NCBI GenBank assembly: GCA_013265495.1
Contig: MU058059.1
Coordinates: forward strand, 2,393,502 to 2,457,501
Direction of reading: 5' to 3'
DNA from: Vicugna vicugna
Taxonomy: Eukaryota
Length of the DNA stretch: 64,000 bases
Shown here: one piece after another, positions 12,171 through 24,451 of the stretch
Layout of the letters: every line of letters begins with the position of its first letter
Position numbering within the stretch: position 1 is the first letter of the stretch
Position numbers and translations under genes: made by a program
Notes under the pieces: generated by a model
Seen by the model: only the letters and a program-made list of their open reading frames with translations
The model's database searches: none
What the model was told of the DNA's origin: nothing

Positions 12171-12523
12171 TACTTAAGCTTGAGGCAGAAAACAGACATG
12201 GATTACCTTTGGAGCTCTTTTTAGTTCTAGAAACTTTTCTCCTTTTTCAATAAATACTTATTTAGGAAGCACATGCTATGGGCAGGCACTGTTTTTGTAT
12301 CCCTGAGGGAAAAAGAACGTCTTAGACAAACCTGCATAGCAGGAGGCCATGCTTTATTTGACAGAAAGACCAAGTATGAAAATAGAACAAGGCACTGGAC
12401 GGAGGAAAAGACAATGAAATTCGTGAAGTGTCAGAGCCTCACTCAGAATTAACTTAATCTACTAATCATGTACCCATTTTAGTGGCTCTTGAGGGCTGGG
12501 ACTCACTTCAGAAAGTCTGCTGC

Positions 12524-12614
12524 GGGGAGGGTATAGCTCAGTGGTAGAGAGCGTGCTTAGCATGCACGAGGTCCTGGGTTCGTCCCCGGCACCTCCATTA
12601 ACAACAACAAAAAA
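12524..12614 (+). mobile_element. tRNA-Ala(AGC)-derived SINE, camelid Vic-1 type
   Basis: GGGGAGGGTATAGCTCAGTGGTAGAGAGCGTGCTTAGCATGCACGAGGTCCTGGGTTCGTCCCCGGCACCTCCA plus an A-rich tail; flanked by AGAAAGTC repeats (12510-12517 and 12614-12621). Confidence 0.85.
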
Positions 12615-13183
12615 GAAAGTCCCTGTTATGTGGAGGCCCCTGCAGGCTGAGAACAACATTAACGAGGCTTCCTGAGAAGGTTTGATGGACGTGACCTCGA
12701 GCCGAAAGTGGCCACCTGCCCATTTGCGGAAGGTGGAGCTGCCCCTAGGAGACCCAGGTACACCCTTCTCCTCTCTCAAGTGGAATTGTGTGGAGCGAGG
12801 GGCTGCCTCGCTGACCGAGAGTATGTCTTGATAAAATGCCTGTATTTGATTCATACGTTGTTGGTCCTGACACTGGAAACAGAAATGGAGTGTCATTCAT
12901 TTCATCCCAACCTTTAAGTACCAAAAAAAAAAAGACTCTATATTTGACTGGTCTGGCCAGCTACAGTTTCTTACCCTGAAAGGAAGTGGTGTTTTCTTTT
13001 CTTGTTTAATTTATTGTTAATAAGAATTTGAATCAGCATTAAGCCAAGTCACTTTCTAATTTGGGTAATTCCTCCAGTCTCCCAGCAGATGGAGACGTGC
13101 AGTTCTTTGCTCTTTCATTGGACGGTCAGCTTCCTCCCCTCCCCTGACTTTGCCACACTTTTCCGGTTAAGATGCAGTGTCAG

Positions 13184-13422
13184 AAATTAGCAGACACTCA
13201 CTACTATGTATAAAATAGATAACCAACAAGGACCTACTGTATAGCCCAGGAAACTGTATTCAGTTTCTTATAATAACTCTAATGGCAAAGAATCTGAAAA
13301 GAAAAAATATATATGTATGTATATGTATAACTGAATCGCTTTGCTGTTCACCTGAAACTAACACTGTAAATCAATTGCATTTCAGTAAAAAACAAAATTA
13401 AAAAAAAAACTATGAAAAAAAA
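13184..13422 (+). mobile_element. L1 3' UTR terminal fragment with poly(A) and TSD
   Basis: TAAAATAGATAACCAACAAGGACCTACTGTATAGC...CACCTGAAACTAACAC followed by an A-tail. TSD GATGCAGTGTC at 13171-13181 and 13424-13434. Confidence 0.9.
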
Positions 13423-14227
13423 TGATGCAGTGTCGGGTTCTGCATTTGAGCTACTGGCCATGCCCTCTGCCCTTCCCCCTCCACCCCCTCCTCAAGTCCA
13501 GTTAAGAGCTCTTGTTTATTCCCATGTTTCATAAGGCCTTCATCATTAGTGACCATCCCTGGTACATAAGAAGGGTATTTTCTTTAAGGACGTATGCCTG
13601 GGAAAACAAAGAGCAGAGAAGCCCCTGCACCCCAGGGGAGCAGGTCTAAATCCTCTGTAACTCTCTGCAGGTTACATTCTGCCCATGCTGTGATCAGAGT
13701 AAATCCCAGAGGTCTGGTCTTTTTCCAGCCAGCAGGGTCAACTTTGGTTGCAAATTTTCTGAGGTCAGCCTGGGAAGTGGAGCGAGGCTGCCCTCCCTTG
13801 CTTTTTACAAACCCGCTCACTCAAAGACGGATTTCAAACAGCCTTGGTTCCAAGGGGTGTTTGGATTCAGGTGATTTTTTTTTCTCTCCTCCTTGATTGA
13901 CTTACACCACTCTGTTCAGGTGATGTACAGAAGAGAGCTCTAAGACTTCAGCTTTGACAAACCCAACAAAACCTTTCAAAAACTTTAATTGTGGTGGAGC
14001 CTTTGAAAGTCATACTGTGTGTTGCATTTCTTGCTATTTCGACTAATTAGTGGGTGAGAATTACTGCTCTTCAGATTCTTAAGTCCAGTGCTTGCTTTCT
14101 GAGGTGATGAACAGCGCCAGGGCGTTAAGAAGGAAAAAAAAGGTAACGCCCTGGGGTCACTCATGGGAGCAGCTGCTAACACTTGAAAACTGGAAGGGAG
14201 AATTTGTTAACAAAACAAATGGGACTG

Positions 14228-14417
14228 AATATAAAATAGATAAACAAAAAGTGTATACTGTGCAGCACAGGGAACTATATTCAATATCCTGTAATAACTT
14301 GTAATGAAAAAACAATATGAAAATGAATGTATGTATGTATACGTATGACTGAAACTTCAGGTTGTACACCAGACTTGACACAACATTGTAAACTGACTAT
14401 ACTTAAAAAAGAAAAAA
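14228..14417 (+). mobile_element. L1 3' UTR terminal fragment
   Basis: GCACAGGGAACTATATTCAATATC...GACACAACATTGTAAACTGACTATACTT plus an A-rich tail. Confidence 0.88.
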
Positions 14418-16469
14418 AGGGAAACAACTCAACAGTCATACAAGCAAGTAAAAAACCTGACTATGACCACAGGCGTTGTTCTTTAAGGGGCTAGCAGTTT
14501 GTCATGTTTTTGTATCACTAGGCTTTCTCTGTCGTTGGAAGATGCAGTTTACAGGTGGGTTGCTTTCCACGCTCAATCATTAATTAGATTCATGGGAGAC
14601 ATTTTCCCTTACTCGGTGAGTGTTTGTGAAGCAGATGTGACGATGACTCCACAAACGTCTATTGACTTATTGAATGAGTCCTGAGAATGCGATTCATCCA
14701 GACTCAGTAGGTCCTGTGATCTGTTTCCTTATTTTAAAATTAAAGAGCTTTCTAAAGAAAATTAAGCTCTTTGTTTTTTTGCTAAGAATTTACAGAATGC
14801 AAAAATTGCTAGATTCCATGAGAAGTAGATCTCAGAATCTCGATGTCTTAACACCGGAGATGTTGATTTTCGACGCATACGGTAGTCTAGAGTGGCTCCA
14901 GGCTGATGTTTCTGGGCTGGGAACCCTTTTCCAGATAGACATCCAGGGTGCAAAGAACTCTGCATCTTTAGCAATTTAGCAAGATGGCCCTCAAGTGGAC
15001 ACCTAGGTGGCAAAGGAGAGAGTTTGCGGAGGACCCTTGTGGGAGATTTCTATGGACGAGATTTGGAAGGGGAGAGAAAAAAGTCATGCAAGAGCAGCTG
15101 GGGGTACAGTTTGGTGAGATTCACCTGCAAAAAAGAAAAAAATATTGAGTGATTGATTTGCAGCCCCAGCCACACTTGGCCTTCGAGGGTTTTGTTTAAG
15201 AATGATCCTTGTCCTTCCTGGTAAATTATTATAAGAAAAAATTTCTTGAAATTGAATGTAACAATGGCTTTCTTTTTCTTTAAAGGAAAGCCGTCTTTAA
15301 AAATTCTGGTTAATTGACTAAAATAAGTTTTGAGAATTAACTTTAACTCTATGGTGTTTTAATGTAAAAGTCAGTGAAGAATCAATCCATAACTAGTAGA
15401 TCTTACACACCTGCAGCCTTCCCTAAGATGTCTGTTATGAAACCAAGCCCTAATATTTCTATGAAACAGATATTCTCTTACCTGAACTCTGAGAAGATAA
15501 TTCCCCAGATACAGCAAAGATATATGAGCATGTATTGCTACTTAATTCAGGAAAGTAAATATCATTGAAGAAATGTCAGCTTTTCCAGGGAAATCACTGC
15601 ATATAACCTCTCCACATAATATATTTATCAAAAAAATCAATGCTCAGAGTAAACAGATTTTTAATACATCTGAAGGAGCTTCCTAATAAACCAAAATGCC
15701 AACTCATAATTTAAAGCTATTGATACCAAAAGGTATTTACAGATGACATCATCCTAATTTTTGTAGATTCTTCTTCACAGTGGTCTGATGTGATGTATCA
15801 GATTCAGTTTAACCTTGGGCTTGGGAGGAGTGGTGTACTGTAGAGGTATTATGTCAATACCACTCTGGCTTTTCTTTCACTGTAGGAAATCCAGGGGTGC
15901 ACAGCTCCCGGTGCTTCTGTTCTCTTCCATTTTGCTTTGTTCCGTCAGTGCTGCATGGTTTCGCTGCACCTCTGTCACCCATCCTTTGACAACAACCATG
16001 CTCGTCTTCCTGGGTTGCGTACTTCTCATTGTAGGGGCCTGCATTTCTCGAACTTTTGATGCCCACTGATTATGTGACTGACACATCATACTTTTTCTTT
16101 TTAAGTTCAATCACAAGTTTTAAAATATGGTTTCTTTCCTGTGAAACAGATTTTTTTCAACTTGGTTTTCAGCTTACCTACGTAGCTGGCCCTTGAGATT
16201 TCTCCCTACACACTGTGTGAGGACCACATCCAGGAACATCCCACACCCGAAAGCTGGAAGTTTGCATGTTTCAACTTGGAGACAGTGATAGGTAGATCCC
16301 CAAACCACAGTTTGGTTGTACTCAGCTTTAGAAAAGGTGTTGATTCTATGGAGGCATTAGGATGCATTCAGATTCTCTCTCTGATGTGCCTGATAGAAGG
16401 TAGCTGTTAGCTTCCTTAGTAAGTGCTCCCTGACTTCAGGACCTTCTGACCCTAGGATCTTGTTCAAAG

Positions 16470-16592
16470 GACTGGACCTGTCTGAGCCTCAGTTTCTTCA
16501 TCTGTAAAATGAAGAGAGTACTACTTATATTATAATGCTATTGTAAGAATGAAACGAGAGAGAATGTGTAAAGAGCTTAGAACAGTGTCAGG
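16470..16592 (+). mobile_element. MIR SINE core
   Basis: CTGAGCCTCAGTTTCTTCATCTGTAAAATG...GTAAAGAGCTTAGAACAGTG. Confidence 0.85.
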
Positions 16593-16609
16593 TGGAGAGT
16601 CCAGCTAAT

Positions 16610-17270
16610 CTTTTTTTCTTCTTTTATGGAGCCTGCTTTTGGTGTTCTGTCTCAAGATCAGATAGATTTTCTCTTATTTTTCTTTCCTAAAAGTTTTACA
16701 TTTACCTTTTTCCTTAATGTTCTGCATCTAGGTTCAGGATCCCTTCCAGTTAATTGCTGTATATGGTGTGAGGTGGGGACCTAAGCATTTTATTATTATT
16801 TTAGTACGTGTATCTCCCAAAGCCTTGATCCCATTTGTTGAAAAGACCATCTGTTGTGGACTTAGTTGTGACCACCACCAAATCCATGTTTTGAAGTCCT
16901 AACCCCCAATAAAACTGTATTTAGAAATTAGGTCTTTTAAAAGGTTATTAAGTTAAAATGAGGCCATATGGGAGTCTCTGATCCAGTGTGACTGGTGTCC
17001 TTAAAAGACAGAAAGACATGTACACACGCAGAGGACAGGCCCTGGGAAGACATGGTGAGAAGCAGGCCGCCTGTAAGCCAAGGAGAGAGAACTCAGAGTA
17101 AAGCACTCCTGCCAGCCCCTTCATCACAGGCTTGCAAATTTCAGATCTCCAAACACTTAAAGCAGCGCCATTTCTGTTGCTTACGCCCCTCACTCTGGTA
17201 TTTTGTTATGGCTGCTGTAGCGAACGAATGCATCAGTCCTTCCCCCACTGGATTGTCTTGACACCTGTGT
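16610..17270 (-). mobile_element. Old L1M ORF2 fragment interrupted by an MLT1A LTR
   Basis: GTATATGGTGTGAGGTGGGG...CATTTGTTGAAAAGACCATC resumes after the LTR as CCTTCCCCCACTGGATTGTCTTGACACC. Confidence 0.7.
16852..17232 (+). mobile_element. MLT1A/MLT1A0 MaLR solo LTR
   Basis: TG...CA ends; TTGAAGTCCTAACCCCCA, GTTAAAATGAGGCCAT, GACTGGTGTCCTT, GGTATTTTGTTATGGC; about 380 bp. Confidence 0.85.
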
Positions 17271-19779
17271 GCGTTTGTTTTTACCTCCCAGTTAGAGAAA
17301 TCAGTTGCTCACGATACCAAGTATGTGGCTGGAATGGGCGACGTGAGTTTGCCGCATGAAGGCATAGACTGTCTTTACTGGTCCGTCTGTGACCTGCTAG
17401 GACACTTCCTTGTCACAGGCAGTTCTCTTTCTCCACGCACAGAGGAAACGGTAGACATGTGGCTAAAATGTAGTCATTCCCCCTTCTCACTGTTTTCTTC
17501 AACAGTGAGTCAAGATCAGGAGGCTCAGGATGTTGAATCCATGCACTATGACGTGGGGTGTGGATGGAGGGATGTGGGGACCATGGGCCCAAGCCTCACA
17601 CTTAGACTTTCAGCATTATCTTCAAAAAAGGATGAACTTTAAGGCACAGAGACACGTGAAGCAGACTGAAAGTAGGATGTGTCCATCAGAGAGCCAAAGC
17701 TGTGTCTCACTGCTGATCACACCACCTACCGTGTCCACCGAATTAGTGTTTTCAATCTGTTTTATTCTCTTATGAATAGCACAGCTGTACTAAATCATGT
17801 TTTCAGGGTTTAAAGTGTTTATATGTAAGCACTTAAACTAACACTATTTAAAGATTATATCTTGGCATGTCTGCATTTTTTAATGTGCCAAGGGTCTCAA
17901 AAATAACACTGGGGTAGGACTCTTTGACCCTGAGTTGCCCCAGGCTGCCAGTGACTCAATCGGGGTGTAGGGAGGTAGCCGGGTGTAGCTCCGAGCTCCT
18001 TCGATGGCAGCCTGGTCAGACCTGCAGTAAGATGACCTCAAGAGAGATGCTCTACTTCAGTGTCAAAACACTGTAGTTGCAGACCAGTTCTCCCTGTAAC
18101 CCTGCCTGTCCCAAGAGCTGATTCACAGGCTGCCTTCACCCTTGCCTGGCAGGTGCTGTGGGAGCAGTCGTCACCCTCCATGGTATGACTGATTTTCTAT
18201 GGCCGTTGTGTCTTGGTATTGATTTTTATGTCGGGTTGCTGCCAGAAGACCCTATGCTTTTTCTCAGCATGTGATATGATGGTTCACCAGCCTTGCAGCT
18301 GGCTTCAGGAGGGCCAAAGTGTGATACACGTTCATGTTTCCTGTGAGAGTAATTCTGAATGGTGCCTCAGTAATTGAGTTTCTCTTTCTCTCACGACAAC
18401 AGTGTTGAGGTTGACAGAGGAAGTTCATGTACTCGTTCTGGGAAATCTCTATTGGATGACCCAGCGGAGGCACATGGAAAACTTTGCAAACTTTCTGTCA
18501 TGCCATTGTTTGTGAAATTTTTATGCCGATCTGCTTCCCAAGACCTGGGGTCAGATACATCACCCATAGGAAAGGTCAAATCTGATTCTCCCCCGCAATT
18601 GCCACATCACCATGGACCACTGTGGTGGACCACCCACTGGGGCTCCCCAGACAGAGTGAGATGCTCTGGCAGGCCAGCTGCCATGGCAGAATCACCACCA
18701 GTCACCTCTCTGCCCCTTTTCGGCCCCGAGTCACTAGGTTTCTAGGTCTCTGAGATGAAGATGGACTGCCTTATACGTGCACAGGGTGTCGGGGACTGGG
18801 CTTTAACCCCCGCTCCTGGTCCTGGCTCCACTGTCCTGCAGGTCCCTGGCCTTGCGCATCTCCAGTACCTTTGTAGCTCAAGACGACCTGCCCTGGGAAG
18901 CCTCCCCTCCTCTCCTTGTGTCCCCCGGCATGGTGGGCGTTTGCTCTTAGTCTTTGGTGTTTCTGAAGCTCCCGCAGGGGTTTCTGTGGTGCTGCCGCTC
19001 TTCCTCTGATGCCTGGCGTGTTCTCCCATCTGCCGTGGTCTCTCCCTGAGACCCACGGTGTGCCTCCCCTCCAAGCAGCCTCATCCTTGGCCTGTAGTTT
19101 GTTGTTTGGCATGCAGTGGTCCTGTGTAATTGAAGACGACAGCGTGAAGAAGAGTTAATTACGCAGATCGTCCGCTGTGGCTTACCAGCTACTTAGATGC
19201 GTGTGTACTACTGTAGGTTCGTAGGATATTGTCTGGTGCCTTGGAAAGTACTTAACTGAGCATAGCCCTGGCTTCCTCTGGCCTTCAGATCTAGGTGGAC
19301 ACCACCCAGAAGAATGCATGTGATCTTAGGAGCAGCAGAATCCCTGGGACTTAAGCCTCAGGCTTTTTCCTGGCCACGGTCTGGGGCTCCTGCAGTAGTC
19401 TGGGCAGTCCAGTGGGTTCTTAAGCCACAGTTGGAAGGTGATCCCAGGTTCAGGGTCTACAGATCCTCGGCCTTCGCGCCTGACAGCGACTCCCTCCCAC
19501 TGGGGAATCCCGGCATGGCTGCTGGACTTGATTTTAACATTGACTTCCCATGCTAATTTCCCTGCAGCAAGGGAGGACTGTCCCATTCAAGTTAGGACTT
19601 GAATTAGAATCCTTAAAAGGTCATCCTGTTGTCTGCTGGTTAAAGTTACCCTGGGGTTAGAACTCTCTTGACAAAGAGACAAAATAGCAGAAATGAATGA
19701 GTCTGTGATGCGCTATCTTAGCATAAAAGGGGAAGTAAAAATTCCATGAAGGTTAGTAGTGTAAGGGGAAAAAAGTCAC

Positions 19780-19890
19780 AAGGATTGGTTGAGCAGCAAT
19801 GTGAATAATAATTAACACTCCTGAACTGTACACTTAAAATGGTTAAGATGGTAAATTTTATGTTATGCATATTTTATCACAATTAAAACT
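19780..19890 (+). mobile_element. L1MB-type 3' end fragment
   Basis: CTGAACTGTACACTTAAAATGGTTAAGATGGTAAATTTTATGTTATG. Confidence 0.8.
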
Positions 19891-20464
19891 TTTAGAAGAA
19901 TTTAAAAAATCATCTCAAATTTTCTTCCAGGCTTCCCATGGTTGATGATGAGTGAGGATTCAGAAGAATATTTATTAGTCACTTCAGGAGGCTAAAAGAT
20001 GCTTCTCCAGACCCAGTCGATCAATATGCATTTTAAAAGTCAATTTTTCTACCATTCGCTCATAATAATTTTGATGTTTTGTATTAGTGAGAATTTATGT
20101 AATATTTCATAAATATTCATTATTCTTTCACCACCAGCAGATTTCTGGTTTCTGGTTATAAATTTTTAGGCTATGTATCTCTTTGCAATTAGACTTGATA
20201 TTTTTAGTTGCCTACTAAGGCAGATACTTCAAACTCAAGATGTTCAATGTTGCACTTACATTCATGTCTTGTATTTGCCAGTCTCCGATAAGTTCACTGA
20301 AAACACTTAGGAGTCAAGAAACAAAGTGGTTAAAACTGAATATTTCAAATACCCATTTTTGGATTTGATTTGTAAAATTAGGGGAAAATTAGAGCAATTG
20401 GCAGTTTATTTAGTGTTTTTTTTTAAGGTTTTTTTTTTTCGTTTGTGTTTAAGTGCAAGTATTA

Positions 20465-20650
20465 ATTTTTTTTTTATTGTGGCAAAATACATTTACAGTT
20501 TGTCCACCCATCACCACTGTCTAGTTCCAGAACATTCTCATCACCCCAGTGGAAGCCCTGCGCCCATTAAGCAGTCACTCCCCATTCCCTGCCCCACTGG
20601 TCCCAGTCCCGGAAACCACTCATCTTTTCTCTGTCTCTGTGGATTTGCCA
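20465..20650 (-). mobile_element. L1MB7/8-like 3' fragment
   Basis: TTCCAGAACATTCTCATCACCCCA...CCCATTAAGCAGTCACTCCCCATTCCC...CTCTGTGGATTTGCC. Confidence 0.75.
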
Positions 20651-22094
20651 TCCAAATGGGTAGTATTACTCTTGAAACAAAATGTAGGGTGGTCGTCAGT
20701 CAGTTAAACCTGTTCTCAATTATGTTGTGGTTTGAGGTTTGAAGAAATCTCAATGCCCAGCAACCAGAGGTTGGTTAAACTTTGTCTGAGGCGTCCTGTT
20801 TTAGAAGACGTATAAAATAAAGCCTTTAAAAGAGGTTGTAGATACCCGTTTATTGACATTTAAAACTTTATATTATTACCTAATGGAAAAGTTAGATTAT
20901 AAAATTATTTAGTGTGATTGCACGCTGTAAAAATACAGGTCCACAGACAGCATGTGGAAGGAGATAACTAAGATATTTACAATGACAATTTAAGGTAGAT
21001 AGCTTGAGTTTTCTTAACCATCTTTCTGTAGGTCCTTAATTTCTGCTTTGTGTGAACATTTGCTTAAATGAGAAATAAAGGCTTATCTGTTGCCTTCATC
21101 AAAGCTGAAATGATTAGTGTAAGACTTATTGGTATTTTAAAAATCTAACTGGGGCATATTACTATTCTTTTAATTAATTATCTTGGATAAAAATGCATTG
21201 CCTGTACAATCTTAAAAATGAAAATACTGCAAGTGAGTTATTATTGAACCCCATCAGTCTATCTTCGCAGAATGCAGTTGTAGCAAAATCTATGTCTGAA
21301 TTTTTAAAAATGTTTTAAAAATAGATGCATAGATTAGCTTGACTAATGCAATTCCCAGAAAAGGGCAGACAGCTCAACCAGTGAAATAAAGGAGCTGGAC
21401 GGACATGTAAAACGTCTTTAACTCTGCAGTTATTTGGCATAGCGATTTTAGTACGCTTGTTGTCTGTTTTTTGGTGACTTTTAAAAAATAACATCTAAAA
21501 AGGTGCCTTATACCATAGCCATAAAACTGGCAAAATGATTGAATTAAAAATAAAAAAACAGTCAACAAACCTATTAAATGATCTTTTGATGTTATCCTGA
21601 TGGAGAGTGCAACAACTTTTTAGAGACAGACGGATTTGAGAGGAAAAATCTGTTTTAGTCCAGAACTTCTTCCATCCATTAGTTGTCTTTGAGATTAATG
21701 TAAGTGTTCTCAGATTCTTCATGCACCTTAGTATTGAACGGATACTAACCATGCCTGTCTTGGGCTAATTGGAATGGATAATGTGCCGTGTTCTAGTGTG
21801 GGCTTTTTTCACTGTGTAGTATTTGACAGTAACGATAGTAGGAGATGATGTATTTCGTGTTTTCCATTCCTTCCTGTTCCCTGCCTCAGGTTTGCTTCCC
21901 TAAAACCTGCACTTCAGCCACTTCTTAATTACATGCTCCCCGTGATTACACATGATGATCACTCATTTTTGTGGTTTTATGTATATTTTTAGTAACTTTA
22001 ATAGGGAAACTTGAGGAAGCAGTGTGCAACATTCAAGGCGCCTCAGCATAGGATCTCACAGAGGTATCCAACGTAGTTACATGATTGATGGAAA

Positions 22095-24110
22095 TTTTGG
22101 TTTTTGTGAAATATATTTATTGTGAAATATACTTACAATAAAGGGATGAAAATATGACTGTACAGTTAAATACGTATGATGCTAATAGCTACTTAATCAC
22201 CACCCAGAAACAGAACGTTGTCCAAATCCAAGAAGTCCCCCATCAAAGAAGTTACCCTTTCTGGTCACCACAGCCCCCCTCTCCCCAGAGGTAACAGGTG
22301 TCTTGAGTTTTACATTGCTAACTTTATTGCTTTTGGAAAAATAATTTTAACACTATGCATACACTACACTCGATTTTAGCATTGCCTGCTTTGAGCTTTG
22401 TCTAAATGGAATCTTAATCCCTCTACTAGCTTATGTCTTAGTTTTTTTTTCTCTTGATATTAAGATTCAAGAATATTGTGTAACTATGGTTAGTTCACTT
22501 ACATTGCTTAAATATCTTCCTGTGTGAAAAGACCCCATTTTGTGTATTGATTTTACTCTAATTAGGCATTTGGGCTGTTCCTGCTTCCAGGCCGCCGTGG
22601 GATGAGGCTGCCCCAGTATTCTTGTGTACTGTCCTTACAAACGTAATGACATAACGATTGGAACTGCGTGCAGACACTGTGTGGCTTCTTCCCCGTTTTC
22701 GGGACTGACCAGCTCTTTGTCCAAGACGGCTGTATTCGTTTACGTTCTCAGCGACAACGCAGGAGCGTAACTCTTGTTCCACATCTTTCTAAGGCAGAGC
22801 GTATCGTCAGTTTAAATTATTACCTTAAACTACCAAGGTCTTAGGTGCGTCGTAGAATCCCGTTGTGGTTGAAACGTGCACTTCCCTTATTCTCAGTTAA
22901 GTGGAACGCAGTCCCACGCGGATGGCCGTCTGGTGCTCCTCTTTTGTGAGGCCCCTTTCTCACTGTTTGTACGAAGGCTTCACGTGTTCTTTCTAAGGGC
23001 TAGGTGGTTGTGTGTTAACTCTCCTCTCTCGTCCCGTGCCTTGTTTTCCACTTCCTTTGTGGTTTCTTTTCATGGATAGGATTCTCACCGTAGTCAAACG
23101 TATTAAATTTTTTCTTGTATGTTTAAGACTTGTGTACTATATAAGGCATCCTTCTGGATACCAAGGTCTAGGAGATATTCTTCTAATATTATCCTACAGA
23201 ATCTTTATGTATTTTCCTGTTTTGTTGTTTAATCAACTTACTTTCTTTTTGTACGTGATATAAAGGCCAGATTCTGTTTCCCCTCCCTGCCTTCCTCTTT
23301 CTGTCTCTTTCTTCTCTGCCTCCTTCCCTTCCTCCCTTACTACTAACTTCCATTATGGAAACCCGATTTCCCCAACACTGATATTTAAAAGGATTTCTTC
23401 CCTTTTCTGCTGTGCCACCGTTGTCATAAGTCAACATAAAGACATAGCCATATTCATACATGGGTTATCAGTCTGGGTGCTCTGTTCTGTTGCATTGGTC
23501 AGTCTGACTGTCCTTGTGTGAGTAAGTACAGTCTTGACTACTGTTATTTATATTATATTTTATTATCTGCTAGGACAAGCCCCACCTTCTCCTTTTCCAA
23601 GTTCTCTAGGAGTAGCTTAGAACTGTTGGCATTTCCATGTTTCAGAACCAGCTTGTCTACAAAAATACCTGTGGAGATTTTGATTGGGATCGTCTTAAAT
23701 CTATCAATCAATTTGGGGGAGATTTAGTATCTTCCATATATCCTGCCTTTTCATCAGTGAACGTGATGATATCTCCACTTATTTAGAGCTTCTCTCTTCT
23801 TGCTCTATGAAGTAATTTATAATATAACTTACAGATGCCTTGAACAGCTTTGGTTCATGGTACTTGATATTTTTTGATGCAGTTATAATGTTATATTCAA
23901 AAAATTCACCATTTAATTGTTGCTGATACATAGAAATATATTCCCCTTTTGCATGTTGACCTTGCATCCACCTACCTTGTTAAATTCACTTTTTAATTCT
24001 AAAAGCTTTTTCTGTAGCTTCTTTTGTATTTTCTATATACATAGCATCCTGATCTTTTTCCTGATTTTAAAAGGAAAGATTGCAGTGCATCTTCTTAGTC
24101 ATTGTTAAAG
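22095..24110 (-). mobile_element. Ancient L1 (L1MC/ME-type) 3' end and ORF2 remnant
   Basis: Degenerate antisense L1 hallmarks: TTTATTGTGAAATATAC, GAGATTTTGATTGGGATCGTCTTAAATCTATCAATCAATTTGGGG and TTTGCATGTTGACCTTGCATCC. Confidence 0.75.
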
Positions 24111-24451
24111 TCAGTTCAGGGAGACTCCCCGATTGCTGTCCTCACCTGTGATTGGTGAACATGTCTTCTGTGGGTGTATCTGTGAGTGTGAGATGATGCC
24201 GCCCTGCCCCAGGCTTTTTAAGGAGTGTGGGATCTTTGGATTTGAGTGTCTAGCAAATATGAGTCTAGCAAGGTCCTAATCAGTAAGGCTGTCCCACTTA
24301 CCCCAAGCCCTTAAAGTTAATTATGCATGTTATTAATACAATGAGAAACTATTTAAATCCAACATTGATGGCATTAAATTCCCCCCTCCCTAGTTGCTAG
24401 CAGTCACACTCACTAGGCCGCTGGGCCCCAAAGCAGGTACCAAACCTATTA

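Noticed and set aside
12524..12597. Functional tRNA-Ala gene
   Set aside because: It has a T-loop deletion, extra 5' bases, an A-rich tail, a TSD and no Pol III T-run terminator, so it is a SINE/retrocopy.
14980..15015. YY1-like CAAGATGGC and CTCF-like CACCTAGGTGGC motifs
   Set aside because: Both are only partial matches and have no other support.
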